A stretch of 64,000 nucleotides of DNA from Candidatus Bathyarchaeota archaeon (GTDB lineage: Archaea; Thermoproteota; Bathyarchaeia; Bathyarchaeales; Bathycorpusculaceae). The notes beneath the pieces were generated by a model. That model was not told where the DNA came from, made no database searches, and saw nothing but the letters and a program-made list of their open reading frames with translations. Position 1 is the stretch's first letter. Each line of letters begins with the position of its first letter. The stretch spans positions 864,001 through 928,000 of the forward strand of contig CAWFFH010000003.1 in NCBI GenBank assembly GCA_963815095.1, in the 5' to 3' direction. Both the position numbers and the translations under genes were made by a program. Shown here piece after piece: positions 37,887 through 48,130 of the stretch.

Positions 37887-38717
37887 TGCGTTTTTGGAAG
37901 ATGCATGGTTTAGGCAACGACTATATTGTTATTGATAATAGGGACATGAAAATCAGCGATGATGGGGCAGCCGAATTAGCTAAGACTCTTTGTGAGAGAC
38001 GTTTCTCAGTTGGCGCCGATGGACTTCTTCTTGTATGCACTTCTAAAGTAGCCGATGTGAAGATGAGGATTTTCAACTCTGATGGTAGTGAAGCTGAAAT
38101 GTGCGGAAACGGCATACGCTGTTTCTCCAAATACTGCTACGAAAATGACATTGCAAAGAAAGCTGAGTTTACAGTTGAAACCCTCTCTGGCATAAAGCAT
38201 GTATGGTTAACCCTAAATGGCAAAGAAGTCGCAACCGTGAAAGTTGATATGGGTGCACCCAACTGGCAGCGAGTGTCGCTTCCAATGATAGGTGAAGGTA
38301 CTTGCATTAATGGTGACTTAAGTTGATGGTGAACCCTACAAAGTTACTTGCTTGTCGATGGGGAATCCCCACTGTGTTATTTTCGTGGAAAACATTGATG
38401 AATTTCCAGTTGACTATGTTGGTCCAATAATAGAAAATGATAGAGCTTTCCCCAAAAGAACTAACGTGGGTTTCGTTCAAGTTCTAACCAAAAATGAACT
38501 TAAGGTTCGAGTTTGGGAACGCGGTTGCGGAGAAACCCTTGCGTGCGGTACTGGCACCTGCGCAGCAGCGGCGGCTGCTAACAAGCTCGGAAAAGTTGGC
38601 ACCAAAGTCACAGTTCATATTCTTGGCGGAGACCTGCAAGTGGAAGTCAGCAAAACCCTCTTCCTAACCGGAGCCGCAGAGAAAGTTTACGAAGGAACAT
38701 TATTCAAGGAGCCATAA
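37886..38717 (+). pseudogene. dapF: Diaminopimelate epimerase split by a frameshift near 38321
   Basis: KMHGLGND...EMCGNG in ORF 1; GNPH, FP..TNV, ERG.GETLACGTG in ORF 2; VDGEPYKVTCL bridges them in the second frame. Confidence 0.88.
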
Positions 38718-38720
38718 CAC

Positions 38721-39881
38721 ATGACGTTTGAGTACGCAGACCGAATAAAAAGATTACCACCCTACCTATTTGCAGAACTAGAAAAACTTACACGAGAAAA
38801 GAAACTTAAAGGAATCGACCTTATCTCACTGAGTATCGGTGACCCTGACCTTCCCCCGCCGCCCTTCATCATCGAATCACTAAGAAAAGAAGCGGGCAAC
38901 CTGAAGAATCATAACTACTCTTTTAGTCAAGGCGAACCAGACTTCAGAGAAGCAGTGACGGCATGGTGCAAGAAACGGTTCAATGTTGATTTGCAACAGG
39001 ACCAAGTTGTTGCACTTTTGGGATCAAAGGAGGGGATAGCAAACATTGCTCGAGCATTCATTAATCCAGGCGACCGAGTTTTGGTACCGGACCCAGCTTA
39101 CCCAGTGTATGCTCAGGGCAGCACAATCCTTTGCGATGGTATAACTGTGCCCCTGCCCTTGCTTGAAGAGAATGGTTTCAAGCCCAACTTTGATGCAATC
39201 GACGTCGACAAAGCAAAGATGATCTTTCTTAATTATCCAAACAACCCTACTGCCGCGACGGTTGATAAGAAATTCCTTAAAGAAGCTGTTGATTTCGCCA
39301 AAGACCACAATCTGATGTTGTGCTATGACAATGCATATTCAGAAGTCACTTATGATGGCTATCGCGCTCCGAGCATACTTCAAGTTGATGGCGCAATGGA
39401 TGTTGCAATAGAGTTTCATTCGCTTTCCAAAACCTTCAACATGACTGGAGACCGCATTGGGTTTGCTGTTGGAAACAAGCAGCTTGTGAGCGGTTTAACT
39501 AAAGTGAAAACCCAAATAGACAGTGGACCACCCGTGTACACTCAGAAGGTCGCCGTGAAAGCTTTAGGTGCCTACACTAGTAGTGAACCGCCAGAGTTCC
39601 TGCAGAAAAACAACCAAATCCTCCAAGAACGTCGCGACTTGCTCGTGAACACGCTTTGCAAGCTTGGTTATGAAGTTGAAAAGCCAAAGGCTACCTTCTA
39701 TGTTTGGGTCAACTGCATGTGCGACTCAATGAAATTCGTTGCAAAACTTCTCGATGTCGGTGTGGCAGTGACGCCAGGGGATGGTTTTGGCAAATACGGT
39801 GAAGGCTACGCACGCATAACATTCACGCAGCCCAAAGAACTCATAGTGGAAGCTTGCAAGAGGATAGCCAACGCCTTTTAA
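38721..39881 (+). CDS. dapL: LL-diaminopimelate aminotransferase
   Basis: LPPYLFA, IGDPD, GSKEGI, NYPNNPT, SLSKTFNMTG.R.G; located in the dap operon. Confidence 0.88.
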   Translation: MTFEYADRIKRLPPYLFAELEKLTREKKLKGIDLISLSIGDPDLPPPPFIIESLRKEAGNLKNHNYSFSQGEPDFREAVTAWCKKRFNVDLQQDQVVALLGSKEGIANIARAFINPGDRVLVPDPAYPVYAQGSTILCDGITVPLPLLEENGFKPNFDAIDVDKAKMIFLNYPNNPTAATVDKKFLKEAVDFAKDHNLMLCYDNAYSEVTYDGYRAPSILQVDGAMDVAIEFHSLSKTFNMTGDRIGFAVGNKQLVSGLTKVKTQIDSGPPVYTQKVAVKALGAYTSSEPPEFLQKNNQILQERRDLLVNTLCKLGYEVEKPKATFYVWVNCMCDSMKFVAKLLDVGVAVTPGDGFGKYGEGYARITFTQPKELIVEACKRIANAF

Positions 39882-39958
39882 CATCCCTCTTCTTGAAACT
39901 TTGTGTACCTTCGCAAGTTTATTATTCCATTAGTTGCCATTATTCTATCGGTGTCCTT

Positions 39959-40987
39959 TTGGGCGTAAATTTCAAAGACCTCATACCAAAAACCCCCGTG
40001 AAACTCGAAGACCTAGGCGGCAAAATCATAGCCATCGACGCATACAACGCCATCTACCAGTTCCTCAGCATAATCCGTCAACCAGACGGCACACCACTCA
40101 AAGATAGCTCAGGAAAAATCACCAGCCACCTAAGCGGACTCTTCTACCGCACAAGCAACCTGATCGAAATGGGCATAAAACCCGTCTACGTCTTTGATGG
40201 CGAATCCCCAACTTTGAAGGCAGCTGAAGTCGAGCGGCGCAGACAAGTAAAAGTTGTAGCAACTGCACATTATGAGAAGGCTGCTGCAAAAGGCGACACA
40301 GAAAAAATGTTCATGTACGCTCAGGCATCGACAAGCATGAAAGATTACATGTTAGACGACAGCCAAAAACTCTTGGAGCTAATGGGCTTACCGTGGGTAC
40401 AAGCACCAAGCGAAGGTGAAGCTCAAGCGGCACACATGAACAAGAAAGGCGATGCAGACTACTGCGCAAGCCAAGATTATGATAGTCTCCTTTTTGGCGC
40501 ATGTAAGCTCCTTAGAAACGTGACCATTTCAGGAAGAAGAAAAAGAGGAAAAGTCACTATTGAAGTAGTTCCAGAAGTTGTTGAGTTACCCAAAACGCTT
40601 CATGAATGCGGTTTAACACGTGAGCAGTTAATTGATGTTGGTATCTTAATTGGTACTGACTTTAACCCAGACGGCGTAAAAGGGATAGGGCCTAAAACAG
40701 CGCTCAAACTCATAAAGCAATACAGCACCCTCAAGAACGCTCTGCCTCACATAGAAAATGTAACTTTTGCTGACAAGATTGATGAAATCCAGCAAATTTT
40801 TTTGCACCCAAAAGTCACTGATAGCTACAAGATACAGTGGAAAGAACCTGATGAGAATGGTTTGATCGATTTTATGAGTCGTCAAAAAGAATTTGGCGAG
40901 GAACGCATCAAAAAATCCATAGAGCGGATGACTGCAGGAAGCAAGAAGCAGAAGGGAAAAGTTTCGCTGGAAAAATGGTTCGGCTAA
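39959..40987 (+). CDS. fen1: Flap endonuclease 1
   Basis: GV....L, AIDAYN..YQFL..IRQ.DG, VFDG, APSEGEAQ, SQDYD, GIGPKTA, PIP-like SLEKWF. Confidence 0.97.
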   Translation: MGVNFKDLIPKTPVKLEDLGGKIIAIDAYNAIYQFLSIIRQPDGTPLKDSSGKITSHLSGLFYRTSNLIEMGIKPVYVFDGESPTLKAAEVERRRQVKVVATAHYEKAAAKGDTEKMFMYAQASTSMKDYMLDDSQKLLELMGLPWVQAPSEGEAQAAHMNKKGDADYCASQDYDSLLFGACKLLRNVTISGRRKRGKVTIEVVPEVVELPKTLHECGLTREQLIDVGILIGTDFNPDGVKGIGPKTALKLIKQYSTLKNALPHIENVTFADKIDEIQQIFLHPKVTDSYKIQWKEPDENGLIDFMSRQKEFGEERIKKSIERMTAGSKKQKGKVSLEKWFG

Positions 40988-40993
40988 TCCATT

Positions 40994-41137
40994 CTATTGG
41001 GTGAATTTTTGGCAGGTGCAGCCTTTGATGGTGCATTGTTGGTCTTGTTGATGGGTTCCTCTTGGGTGTCCGCAGGTAGCACATGATTTTAGAAGTGTTG
41101 CACTTAGGATTGCATCTTGAGTTAAGATATCACTCAT
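40994..41137 (-). CDS. Tiny Cys/His-rich metal-binding protein (47 aa; absent from ORF track)
   Basis: MSDILTQDAILSATLLKSCATCGHPRGTHQQDQQCTIKGCTCQKFTQ*. Confidence 0.65.
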   Translation of the reverse strand: MSDILTQDAILSATLLKSCATCGHPRGTHQQDQQCTIKGCTCQKFTQ

Positions 41138-41235
41138 AAATGAAAGAATACATACTTAAAACTTAAAGAATTTTCCCCATTAAACCGACTTTCTATTTCT
41201 TATAAACTAACAAAACAAAAGAAAGAAAAATGAGA

Positions 41236-43065
41236 TTATTTTACAGTTACTGACTTTGCCAAGTTCCTTGGCATATCAGGGTTAACGCCTTTCTCTAAAG
41301 ACACATAGTAAGCCAGTAACTGCAGCGGAACCGCAAATGGAATCGGCGATAGTACGCTCGGGATACCTTTTGGAACCTCGATGTATTCTTCTGATAAGGA
41401 TTTGATTTCTTCATCGCCTTCCTCTATAACGGAGATTATGTGGGCACCGCGGGCTTTCATTTCCATGATGTTGCCGATGACTGTTTTGTGGGTGTCGTCT
41501 CTGGGGCATATGAATACTACTGGGAAACCCTTTTCGATTAGGCTGATTGGACCATGTTTGCTTTCTCCTGCGGGGAAGGCTATAGATGGGATGTAGGCGA
41601 TTTCCATGAGTTTTAGTCTGCCTTCAAACGCAGTGGCGGTGCTGATGCCTCTGCCTAAGAAGAAAAAGACTTTAGAAGCCGCATATTTTTTGGCGATTTG
41701 CTTAATTTTTTCTTCCTGTGTCCGAACAATGGTTTCGACGTCTTCAGGCATCTTTTTTAGGTTCACTTCTAGGCAATCCATTTCGTCTTGAGATATTTTG
41801 CCTCTCTTCTTGGACAATTTTAAGGCGAGTTGGGCTAAGACAGAAAGTTGAGAGGTGAAGGTTTTGGTTGCGGCAACGCCGATTTCTGGACCTGCCTGCG
41901 TGCCAATGTATACTCGGGAAATCCGTGTCAAAGTGGAGCCGATAACATTGGTTAAGCTTAACACAGTTGCTGCACGTTGCTGTGCACAACTTACCGCTGC
42001 TATGGTGTCTGCGGTTTCGCCTGATTGGCTCACAGCCAATATGGTGCTGTCGATGTTAACGGATTTGCCATATTGCTCCAAAAACTCAGATGCGTAAACT
42101 GGGTAAGCGGGCAAGAAGGCCAGTTTAGAAAACATGTAGGAAGCTGCTAAACATGCGTGGTAGCTTGTTCCGCAGGCAACCAAAAAAACTTCGTTAGCGC
42201 GGTCAAGGAAAGTAGAGAGCAGATCCAAATAGTGGTCTTGGATGCGCAAGGTGTTGTACAGAGTTTCGGGTTGCTCATGGATTTCTTTGATCATAAAGTG
42301 TGGATAACCCTGTTTTACCGCCATCTCTGCGGTCCACTCTACAGTTATGGGGTCGCGTATAACTGGACTGTTATCGGAGATTTTATGGATTTCGTAGCCA
42401 CCTGCTGTGAGAATGACGAGTTCTCCGTTGTTTATCATGACGGCTTTGTTGGTAACTTCCAAAAACGCAGGAATGTCGCTTGCGCAGAAGATGCCTTTGC
42501 CGTTGATTCCTAAAACGAGGGGACTTTCGTTTCGGGCGCAGATTATCTTGTCTGGTTCGCGTGTGGATATTATGACGAATGCGTATGAGCCTTCTATTCG
42601 TTTGAGGCTGGCTAAAACGGCTTGTTGGAGGGTTAGGTTGGGGTTTTGTTTTAGGTTTTCCTCAATTAGGTGAGGCATGACTTCGGTATCTGTTTTTGAT
42701 ACAAATGTGTGGCCTAGGTCTTCAAGTTCCTCTTTTAGTTCCATGAAGTTTTCGATAATACCGTTGTGGACGACGACGATTTGGCCTTTGCAGTCCGTGT
42801 GGGGGTGAGAGTTAACCTTCAGGGGTGCTCCATGTGTTGCCCAGCGAGTGTGTCCGATGCCTATACTGCCGGACATGTCGTCAAGGTTGACGATTTTGTC
42901 TACTTCATCGATTTTGCCTGCGTCTTTTTTTATAAAGATTTTTCCGTCTGATATTGTTGCTATGCCGACTGAGTCGTAACCTCGGTATTCGAGATGTTTT
43001 AGGGAGGAATGGATAAGCGGTGCAGCTTTTCCTTCCTTTAAAATACAGCCAAATATTCCACACAT
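41236..43065 (-). CDS. glmS: Glutamine--fructose-6-phosphate transaminase
   Basis: MCGIFG, EYRGYDS, GHTRWATHG, SQSGETADT, PRNLAKSVTV. Confidence 0.98.
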   Translation of the reverse strand: MCGIFGCILKEGKAAPLIHSSLKHLEYRGYDSVGIATISDGKIFIKKDAGKIDEVDKIVNLDDMSGSIGIGHTRWATHGAPLKVNSHPHTDCKGQIVVVHNGIIENFMELKEELEDLGHTFVSKTDTEVMPHLIEENLKQNPNLTLQQAVLASLKRIEGSYAFVIISTREPDKIICARNESPLVLGINGKGIFCASDIPAFLEVTNKAVMINNGELVILTAGGYEIHKISDNSPVIRDPITVEWTAEMAVKQGYPHFMIKEIHEQPETLYNTLRIQDHYLDLLSTFLDRANEVFLVACGTSYHACLAASYMFSKLAFLPAYPVYASEFLEQYGKSVNIDSTILAVSQSGETADTIAAVSCAQQRAATVLSLTNVIGSTLTRISRVYIGTQAGPEIGVAATKTFTSQLSVLAQLALKLSKKRGKISQDEMDCLEVNLKKMPEDVETIVRTQEEKIKQIAKKYAASKVFFFLGRGISTATAFEGRLKLMEIAYIPSIAFPAGESKHGPISLIEKGFPVVFICPRDDTHKTVIGNIMEMKARGAHIISVIEEGDEEIKSLSEEYIEVPKGIPSVLSPIPFAVPLQLLAYYVSLEKGVNPDMPRNLAKSVTVK

Positions 43066-43287
43066 TTTTTTAGTGCCTTCGAGTGATAATTATGTTGATG
43101 TCTTATGAAGTTTGAGTTTTATTAATAAGGATTTTTAATATACTAGTTTGACTGCTAAAAAGTTTTTTTTAATGGTTATCGTCAAATTTGCATATAAACA
43201 GAAGTTTACAAACTGTATTTTGACTGATTTCTTGAACCACTACAAATAAATTTTTTATAGTGCCATTGCTTAATCCTATCGAACAAT

Positions 43288-44250
43288 ATGCAAAGAAAGC
43301 TTCTCCTTCAAGACCACAACAACACTCAAGAAGTAAAAGAAATAACCGTCTTAACTGACTCCCAAAAATTAAAAATGATACTCGGTGATCTCAGCTGGAA
43401 AATCCTCACAATGCTCTCAAAAAAAGAAATGTACCCAATAGAAATCGCCAAACAACTTGGCATGCATGAACAAAAAATTTATTATCATATAAGAATACTC
43501 GCCAAAGCAGGCGCCATCGTGGTCACGCGTGAAGAAAAAAGGAAGGGTGCAACAGCAAAATATTACAAAACTGTTTCGCCCGCCTTTGGAATCGAATTCC
43601 CAGAAGGTTACACGCCAATCCAAAACTTATGCGCTCAAAGCCTCGATGAGCCGCTGCAGAAATTCTTCAAAGAATTCATCGACAATGGTGTTTTTGATGG
43701 AAAAATAGTGGTAGGCAGCCCTCAGCCGCATGGACCGTTCAAAACCAGCGCCAGGGACGGTCACTACGCAGCGCATTTGTCTCTTTTCTTGGGACAATTC
43801 GCAAAGATGCCCACCGAGTTTGCAGTGAAGTTGGACGTTGATGTGAAGGTTGAGAAGGAAGAAAAAACTAACCTCATTCTCGTCGGCGGCCCTGGAACAA
43901 ACCTGTTGACACAGGAAATTAACGATTATTTACCCATCAAATTTATAATGCAATCCTCCGGGCAAGGGTTTTTGCTGGGAGGTTTATCCTCGAAGAAAAC
44001 TGGGCAAGTTTACACTTCAGACCTCTCAGGGGTTGTGGCCAAAATCGTAAACCCATGGGATAACACTAAACGAATAGTAGTTTTGGCTGGAAACAAAGCA
44101 GTAGGAACCAAAGCGTGCGTGTTGGCGTTGACGAATTTTTGGAAGAAAACCTTAGAAAAATATCATGGCGAAGACACTTTCGCCTCAGCTATTCATGGTT
44201 TCGATTTGGATGGGGACGGAAAAGTGGATTCAATAGAGGTTACTGAGTAA
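43288..44250 (+). CDS. ArsR-like HTH regulator fused to a C-terminal alpha/beta domain
   Basis: W.IL..L...EMYP.EIAK.LG..EQK.YYHI..L; C-terminal NLILVGGPGTN and DLDGDGKVD. Confidence 0.8.
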   Translation: MQRKLLLQDHNNTQEVKEITVLTDSQKLKMILGDLSWKILTMLSKKEMYPIEIAKQLGMHEQKIYYHIRILAKAGAIVVTREEKRKGATAKYYKTVSPAFGIEFPEGYTPIQNLCAQSLDEPLQKFFKEFIDNGVFDGKIVVGSPQPHGPFKTSARDGHYAAHLSLFLGQFAKMPTEFAVKLDVDVKVEKEEKTNLILVGGPGTNLLTQEINDYLPIKFIMQSSGQGFLLGGLSSKKTGQVYTSDLSGVVAKIVNPWDNTKRIVVLAGNKAVGTKACVLALTNFWKKTLEKYHGEDTFASAIHGFDLDGDGKVDSIEVTE

Positions 44251-44685
44251 TTGAGCCCCAAACAAAAAACAGAAGTATTCTGGGCGCTAGGACACTCCAA
44301 CATTCAAGCAAATCACCCTACTACATTGATGTTTACTAAGGATATTCATGTATCAAAGAACGGCGATTGCATAGTTGCCATGACCGCTGACAAATCGGTT
44401 ACCGATCTAAGCGCCCAATTCAAGGAGGAACTTAGAAAGCCAAATGCTAAAGTGATCGTAACTATAGAAGCGGGCGATTTCAGAGAAGAAATCAAAGCGA
44501 TAGGTTCTCCTAAGCTTTGTTTATGCCACCCAACTGATATCGTAATAAGGAAAAGTGATTATGTCTGCAATAGAACGTTGGCGATTTGTGCTGATAAATC
44601 CTCAATTGATTTGTCAAGAGCGCTTGTAGAGAAACTTCAGGATCCTAACCAAAAAATCAAAATAACTTTAAGTGTTGAAAGCTAA
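44251..44685 (+). CDS. DUF371-family protein
   Basis: GH.NI.A.H.TT..FTKD....GDCI, IVIRKSDY...RTLAI.ADK. Confidence 0.9.
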   Translation: MSPKQKTEVFWALGHSNIQANHPTTLMFTKDIHVSKNGDCIVAMTADKSVTDLSAQFKEELRKPNAKVIVTIEAGDFREEIKAIGSPKLCLCHPTDIVIRKSDYVCNRTLAICADKSSIDLSRALVEKLQDPNQKIKITLSVES

Positions 44686-45752
44686 ACGATTTTGACATCT
44701 AACACAACTTGAGACTCAAACGGCGCAGTCTCCCGAATACTTTTTGCAAATAGAAATTCCTCAACTTTCCTTCCATTCTTTTCTACCTGGCTAATGAAAT
44801 GTTGTTTTAGGTCCCCTATTGTTTCAGGTGAACGCACAAAACTGTAGAAATGCGCTAATCCACCCTGGGGCTTAATTGTGTTGCAGGCAGCGTCGACGAA
44901 ATCGATAGCGGTTTCGGGCAAATTCATGATGACTCGGTCAGCGATGCCTTTTAGTTTAGTCGCGGCGATTTCTCTCGCATCCGCGAGTATCGGTAACACC
45001 TGATCTTCAACCATGTTAACCCTTACGTTCACTTTAAGCAGATCAACCGCGTCGGGGTTAAGATCAACAGCGTAAACTTTAACGGTCGGATTTCTCTTTC
45101 CAATCAATACTGAAAAGGGTCCAACTCCCGCGAACAGATCCACCACAGTTTCTCCATCTCGTACCTGCACGGCCACTCGTTCATGTTCATGGGATAACCG
45201 GGGAGAAAAGTAAGCTTTTGCTATGTCTACATGATATTGGCATCTGAATTCGCGGTGGATGGTTTGGGTTTTGTGTTCACCAGCGATGTAGTCGTAATCG
45301 CGGACGCGGAAGACGCCGCTTATATCACTTGCTTTTGCAAGAACGGTTATTACGTTTTTTTGTGTTTGTAGAATTGCTTCGCCAATTTGGTTCTGGTATG
45401 ATTTGAGTTGAGGTGGAATGTCTATAATAACTATGTCGCCGATGATGTCGAAGGATTGGGGCACCTTTGCAAGCAAATCAGGGGGCAATTTGTCTTGAAG
45501 CGCTTGGGTTAGAGTTTCTGGGGGAAGTTGTTTTTCGCTGAAAACAGCGGTTAAAATGGTGAATTTGGAGATTTGGTTTTGCAGGGTCGTTAACTCAATA
45601 CCTTGAGGTTCTCTAATCAGGGGAATAATGAGGCTGTCTTGATCTCTTTGGATAACCAGCGCTTTGTCGGCGAGCCCAAATTTGGTGGCTAACGTTAATG
45701 TTTTTTCGCCTTGACTTTTCGGCACTTTAATGCAAACTGATGGTCTTGGCAT
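44682..45752 (-). CDS. trm5: Trm5/Taw2-family tRNA methyltransferase (Met-10+ like)
   Basis: SFDIIGDI, G.FR.R, YFSPRL..E, VVDLFAGVGPF, D.NP.A, DRVIMNLP. Confidence 0.88.
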   Translation of the reverse strand: MPRPSVCIKVPKSQGEKTLTLATKFGLADKALVIQRDQDSLIIPLIREPQGIELTTLQNQISKFTILTAVFSEKQLPPETLTQALQDKLPPDLLAKVPQSFDIIGDIVIIDIPPQLKSYQNQIGEAILQTQKNVITVLAKASDISGVFRVRDYDYIAGEHKTQTIHREFRCQYHVDIAKAYFSPRLSHEHERVAVQVRDGETVVDLFAGVGPFSVLIGKRNPTVKVYAVDLNPDAVDLLKVNVRVNMVEDQVLPILADAREIAATKLKGIADRVIMNLPETAIDFVDAACNTIKPQGGLAHFYSFVRSPETIGDLKQHFISQVEKNGRKVEEFLFAKSIRETAPFESQVVLDVKIV

Positions 45753-45757
45753 GTTGT

Positions 45758-46792
45758 TCAGCTTTTTTCTATTCGGTAGAGGTTATTTGTTTTTTGGATG
45801 TTGAATTGGACGTTTAACATTTTTCCCATAAGCCAAACGTTAGACTCGATATGATCGGAGAATGTTCTTGATAGAAAAACTGATTTGCCTTGCCCCAATG
45901 CTATATAAGGAACAAGCATATCTGCAAGAAAAATATCCACAGAAGGCTTAACGGACAGTTCAGTCACAAGCCTCTGTGAAGCTTCTTTTCCAACAACTTC
46001 GCTCATTTTTCTTAGTTCTCCTATGGCATCAGCCCCGATAATAACACCTGTATCAGTTTCAGCCCACAAAACGATAGAACTCCCTTTCTGAAAAGAATTT
46101 GACTTGTCATTTACGACTTGAATATCAGCTTTGAAACCATTCTGTGAAAGGTACTTTTGCGCTGCTTTTGCTTGTCTTTCAGCCACCTGTTTATCTGAAA
46201 GAAATGTACAAAGAGAAACACCTTTTACACTTTTTAACATGCCAAAACTTTCCAACGTGATCGGTTTTAAGTAATGGTTTGGCTTAACTATCAAAGTTGC
46301 TTCGCCCATGCCTTTCGGGTAGTAGCCATATTTTTGGACAATTATTTCAGCGTCAATACCCATCTGCTTTAGCGTTGGAAGGAATACGTACTTGAGGTAA
46401 TTGATGGTTGGGGCGTGAGTTGTGTCTGTTCCGCCCTTTGCGACATGTAAACGCACTGGATTCTTGGCGAACAAACAAATAGGCAATGTAGCCAGCAAAA
46501 GCATTGGAATGCTTCCTGCGGTTTCGATTGTTGCTTCAATATTGCCGCCTTTAATTTCTTCGGGTGAAAACCATAGTTCCCTTGAGCCTAATTTTGCTCC
46601 TTGGATTTTGGCGTTGCAAAGCTTACCTGCAGTCAAAACAGCCTCAAGATGCTGAGGTTTCAGTCCTGGCTGCGGACGGTTTTGTCTTATGTTAGTTATA
46701 TGCAGAGGTTGATTGGTGATGGCGGCCAAAGCTATGGATAAACGAAGTATTGTTCCGCTTCCACTTTTTTGGCTTCCATCAATTTCTATCAT
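45758..46792 (-). CDS. rtcA: RNA 3'-terminal phosphate cyclase
   Basis: IDGS..SG.G.ILR, IR..R..PGL.PQH, GGTD, GYYPKG.G, H..SN. Confidence 0.93.
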   Translation of the reverse strand: MIEIDGSQKSGSGTILRLSIALAAITNQPLHITNIRQNRPQPGLKPQHLEAVLTAGKLCNAKIQGAKLGSRELWFSPEEIKGGNIEATIETAGSIPMLLLATLPICLFAKNPVRLHVAKGGTDTTHAPTINYLKYVFLPTLKQMGIDAEIIVQKYGYYPKGMGEATLIVKPNHYLKPITLESFGMLKSVKGVSLCTFLSDKQVAERQAKAAQKYLSQNGFKADIQVVNDKSNSFQKGSSIVLWAETDTGVIIGADAIGELRKMSEVVGKEASQRLVTELSVKPSVDIFLADMLVPYIALGQGKSVFLSRTFSDHIESNVWLMGKMLNVQFNIQKTNNLYRIEKS

Positions 46793-46869
46793 GAAAATTT
46801 TTCACTATCTCAATTTGCAAACAATTAATAAGCGTCTGGGATTATTTAGGAGTTTAAGAGGAACCACTT

Positions 46870-47313
46870 GTGAGCGTTGACAAGGAAAAACTCAATCAGC
46901 TTCTGCAAAGAGTTGAAGAAATTACCGTTACTTTAAACAAGGTTTCAGAGGAGTTGCGGTCGGTTTCTGCGTCATTAAAGTCACTTGCTGTAGGACAAAT
47001 TACTCAGCCCAAAACTACTTCTACACCAGCTTCTACTTCGATTCCAAAGACCACATCAGCCCCTTTAACCACGTCTCCCATGATTGAACCCTCAAAACAA
47101 AGATCTCTCGATGATATCCGCATGTCCTTCCCAGAGGAACTCGAAGCTCGATTAAGTTTCGACGAAAAAGGCGACTACATCATCATAAAGCCCAAACAGT
47201 TCTTGGGATCTGAGAACTTCGCTAAAATCGCTTCTGCCGTACGAGGCATGGGCGGTGAATACATCAGCGCTGGAAAAGACTCGCATTTTAGGGTCCCAAA
47301 GAAAAAAGCTTAA
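46870..47313 (+). CDS. Hypothetical protein: coiled coil, low-complexity linker, conserved-looking C-terminal domain
   Basis: C-terminal KPKQFLGSENFAKIA..VR.MGGEYISAGKDSHFRVP. Confidence 0.7.
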   Translation: MSVDKEKLNQLLQRVEEITVTLNKVSEELRSVSASLKSLAVGQITQPKTTSTPASTSIPKTTSAPLTTSPMIEPSKQRSLDDIRMSFPEELEARLSFDEKGDYIIIKPKQFLGSENFAKIASAVRGMGGEYISAGKDSHFRVPKKKA

Positions 47314-47318
47314 CCAAA

Positions 47319-47591
47319 TTAAAGCACTTTAAAACTAGAAAATTCGCCCTTAAAACGTCCATAAGTAACATCCAGATTAGTCACTCTTGCAGCGGAGGGA
47401 CCCTGACGACAATAATTAACGAGCATTTTAACCTCATGTTCTTCGCCTTCAAAAACCGCTTCCACACGCCCATCGATCAGATTTCGCACCCAACCAGTGA
47501 CCTCTAAGCTTTGCGCCTCAACTAGAATGCTCTGTCTAAAGAAGACTCCCTGAACTTTTCCAGAAATCAATATGCGTGCTCTAACTTTCAT
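47319..47591 (-). CDS. acyP: Acylphosphatase
   Basis: G.VQGV.FR, GWVRN..DG.VE...EG, GP..A.V. Confidence 0.96.
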   Translation of the reverse strand: MKVRARILISGKVQGVFFRQSILVEAQSLEVTGWVRNLIDGRVEAVFEGEEHEVKMLVNYCRQGPSAARVTNLDVTYGRFKGEFSSFKVL

Positions 47592-47662
47592 GCTCGTTCT
47601 TCGAAGTAAAAGGAAGGCTGATGCTTAAAAATATAATTTTAACAAAAAGGAAAAATGGCTGT

Positions 47663-48121
47663 TTACCATGGATCGATTTTTTCGCCCACGGTGTACAAGA
47701 AGAGGCTTGCGGAAGGTGGACCTAACCACTTGAACGTATTTACTAAATCTTTGATTGCATTAGCGTAGTTGTTGGATTTGTCGAGGCTATCGAGATATTT
47801 TTGGAATGAACCGTAACGTTTTTCGATGGCTACGAAGTTTTGTGCGTCTTGAATGATGGCTTTGATTTTGCCTTTGTTCCTAACGATGCCTGGGTCATTC
47901 ATAAGGCGTTGAACGTCTGCGTCAGTAAATGTTGCCACCTTTTTGATGTTGAAATTTTCAAATGCCGTCTTTGTGGTTTGCCATTTGCCGTCTATAACTT
48001 TCCAGTTTAAGCCCGCTTGAAAAATCACTCGGCACATGTTCTCAAAGTAAACGTTATCGTTAGCTGGTTTTTCTTTTCGGCACCACCAGTCAGGCATCTT
48101 CCATGTTTCGTGTTCCTGCAT
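47663..48121 (-). CDS. tag: DNA-3-methyladenine glycosylase I
   Basis: FE......FQAGL.W, F..F....VA, L..D.GI.RN..KI.A, FK..GP. Confidence 0.9.
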   Translation of the reverse strand: MQEHETWKMPDWWCRKEKPANDNVYFENMCRVIFQAGLNWKVIDGKWQTTKTAFENFNIKKVATFTDADVQRLMNDPGIVRNKGKIKAIIQDAQNFVAIEKRYGSFQKYLDSLDKSNNYANAIKDLVNTFKWLGPPSASLFLYTVGEKIDPW

Positions 48122-48130
48122 AAATTTAGC

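Noticed and set aside
38321-38330. In-frame TGA in dapF as a possible selenocysteine codon
   Set aside because: Homology continues in a different frame, so this is a frameshift rather than readthrough
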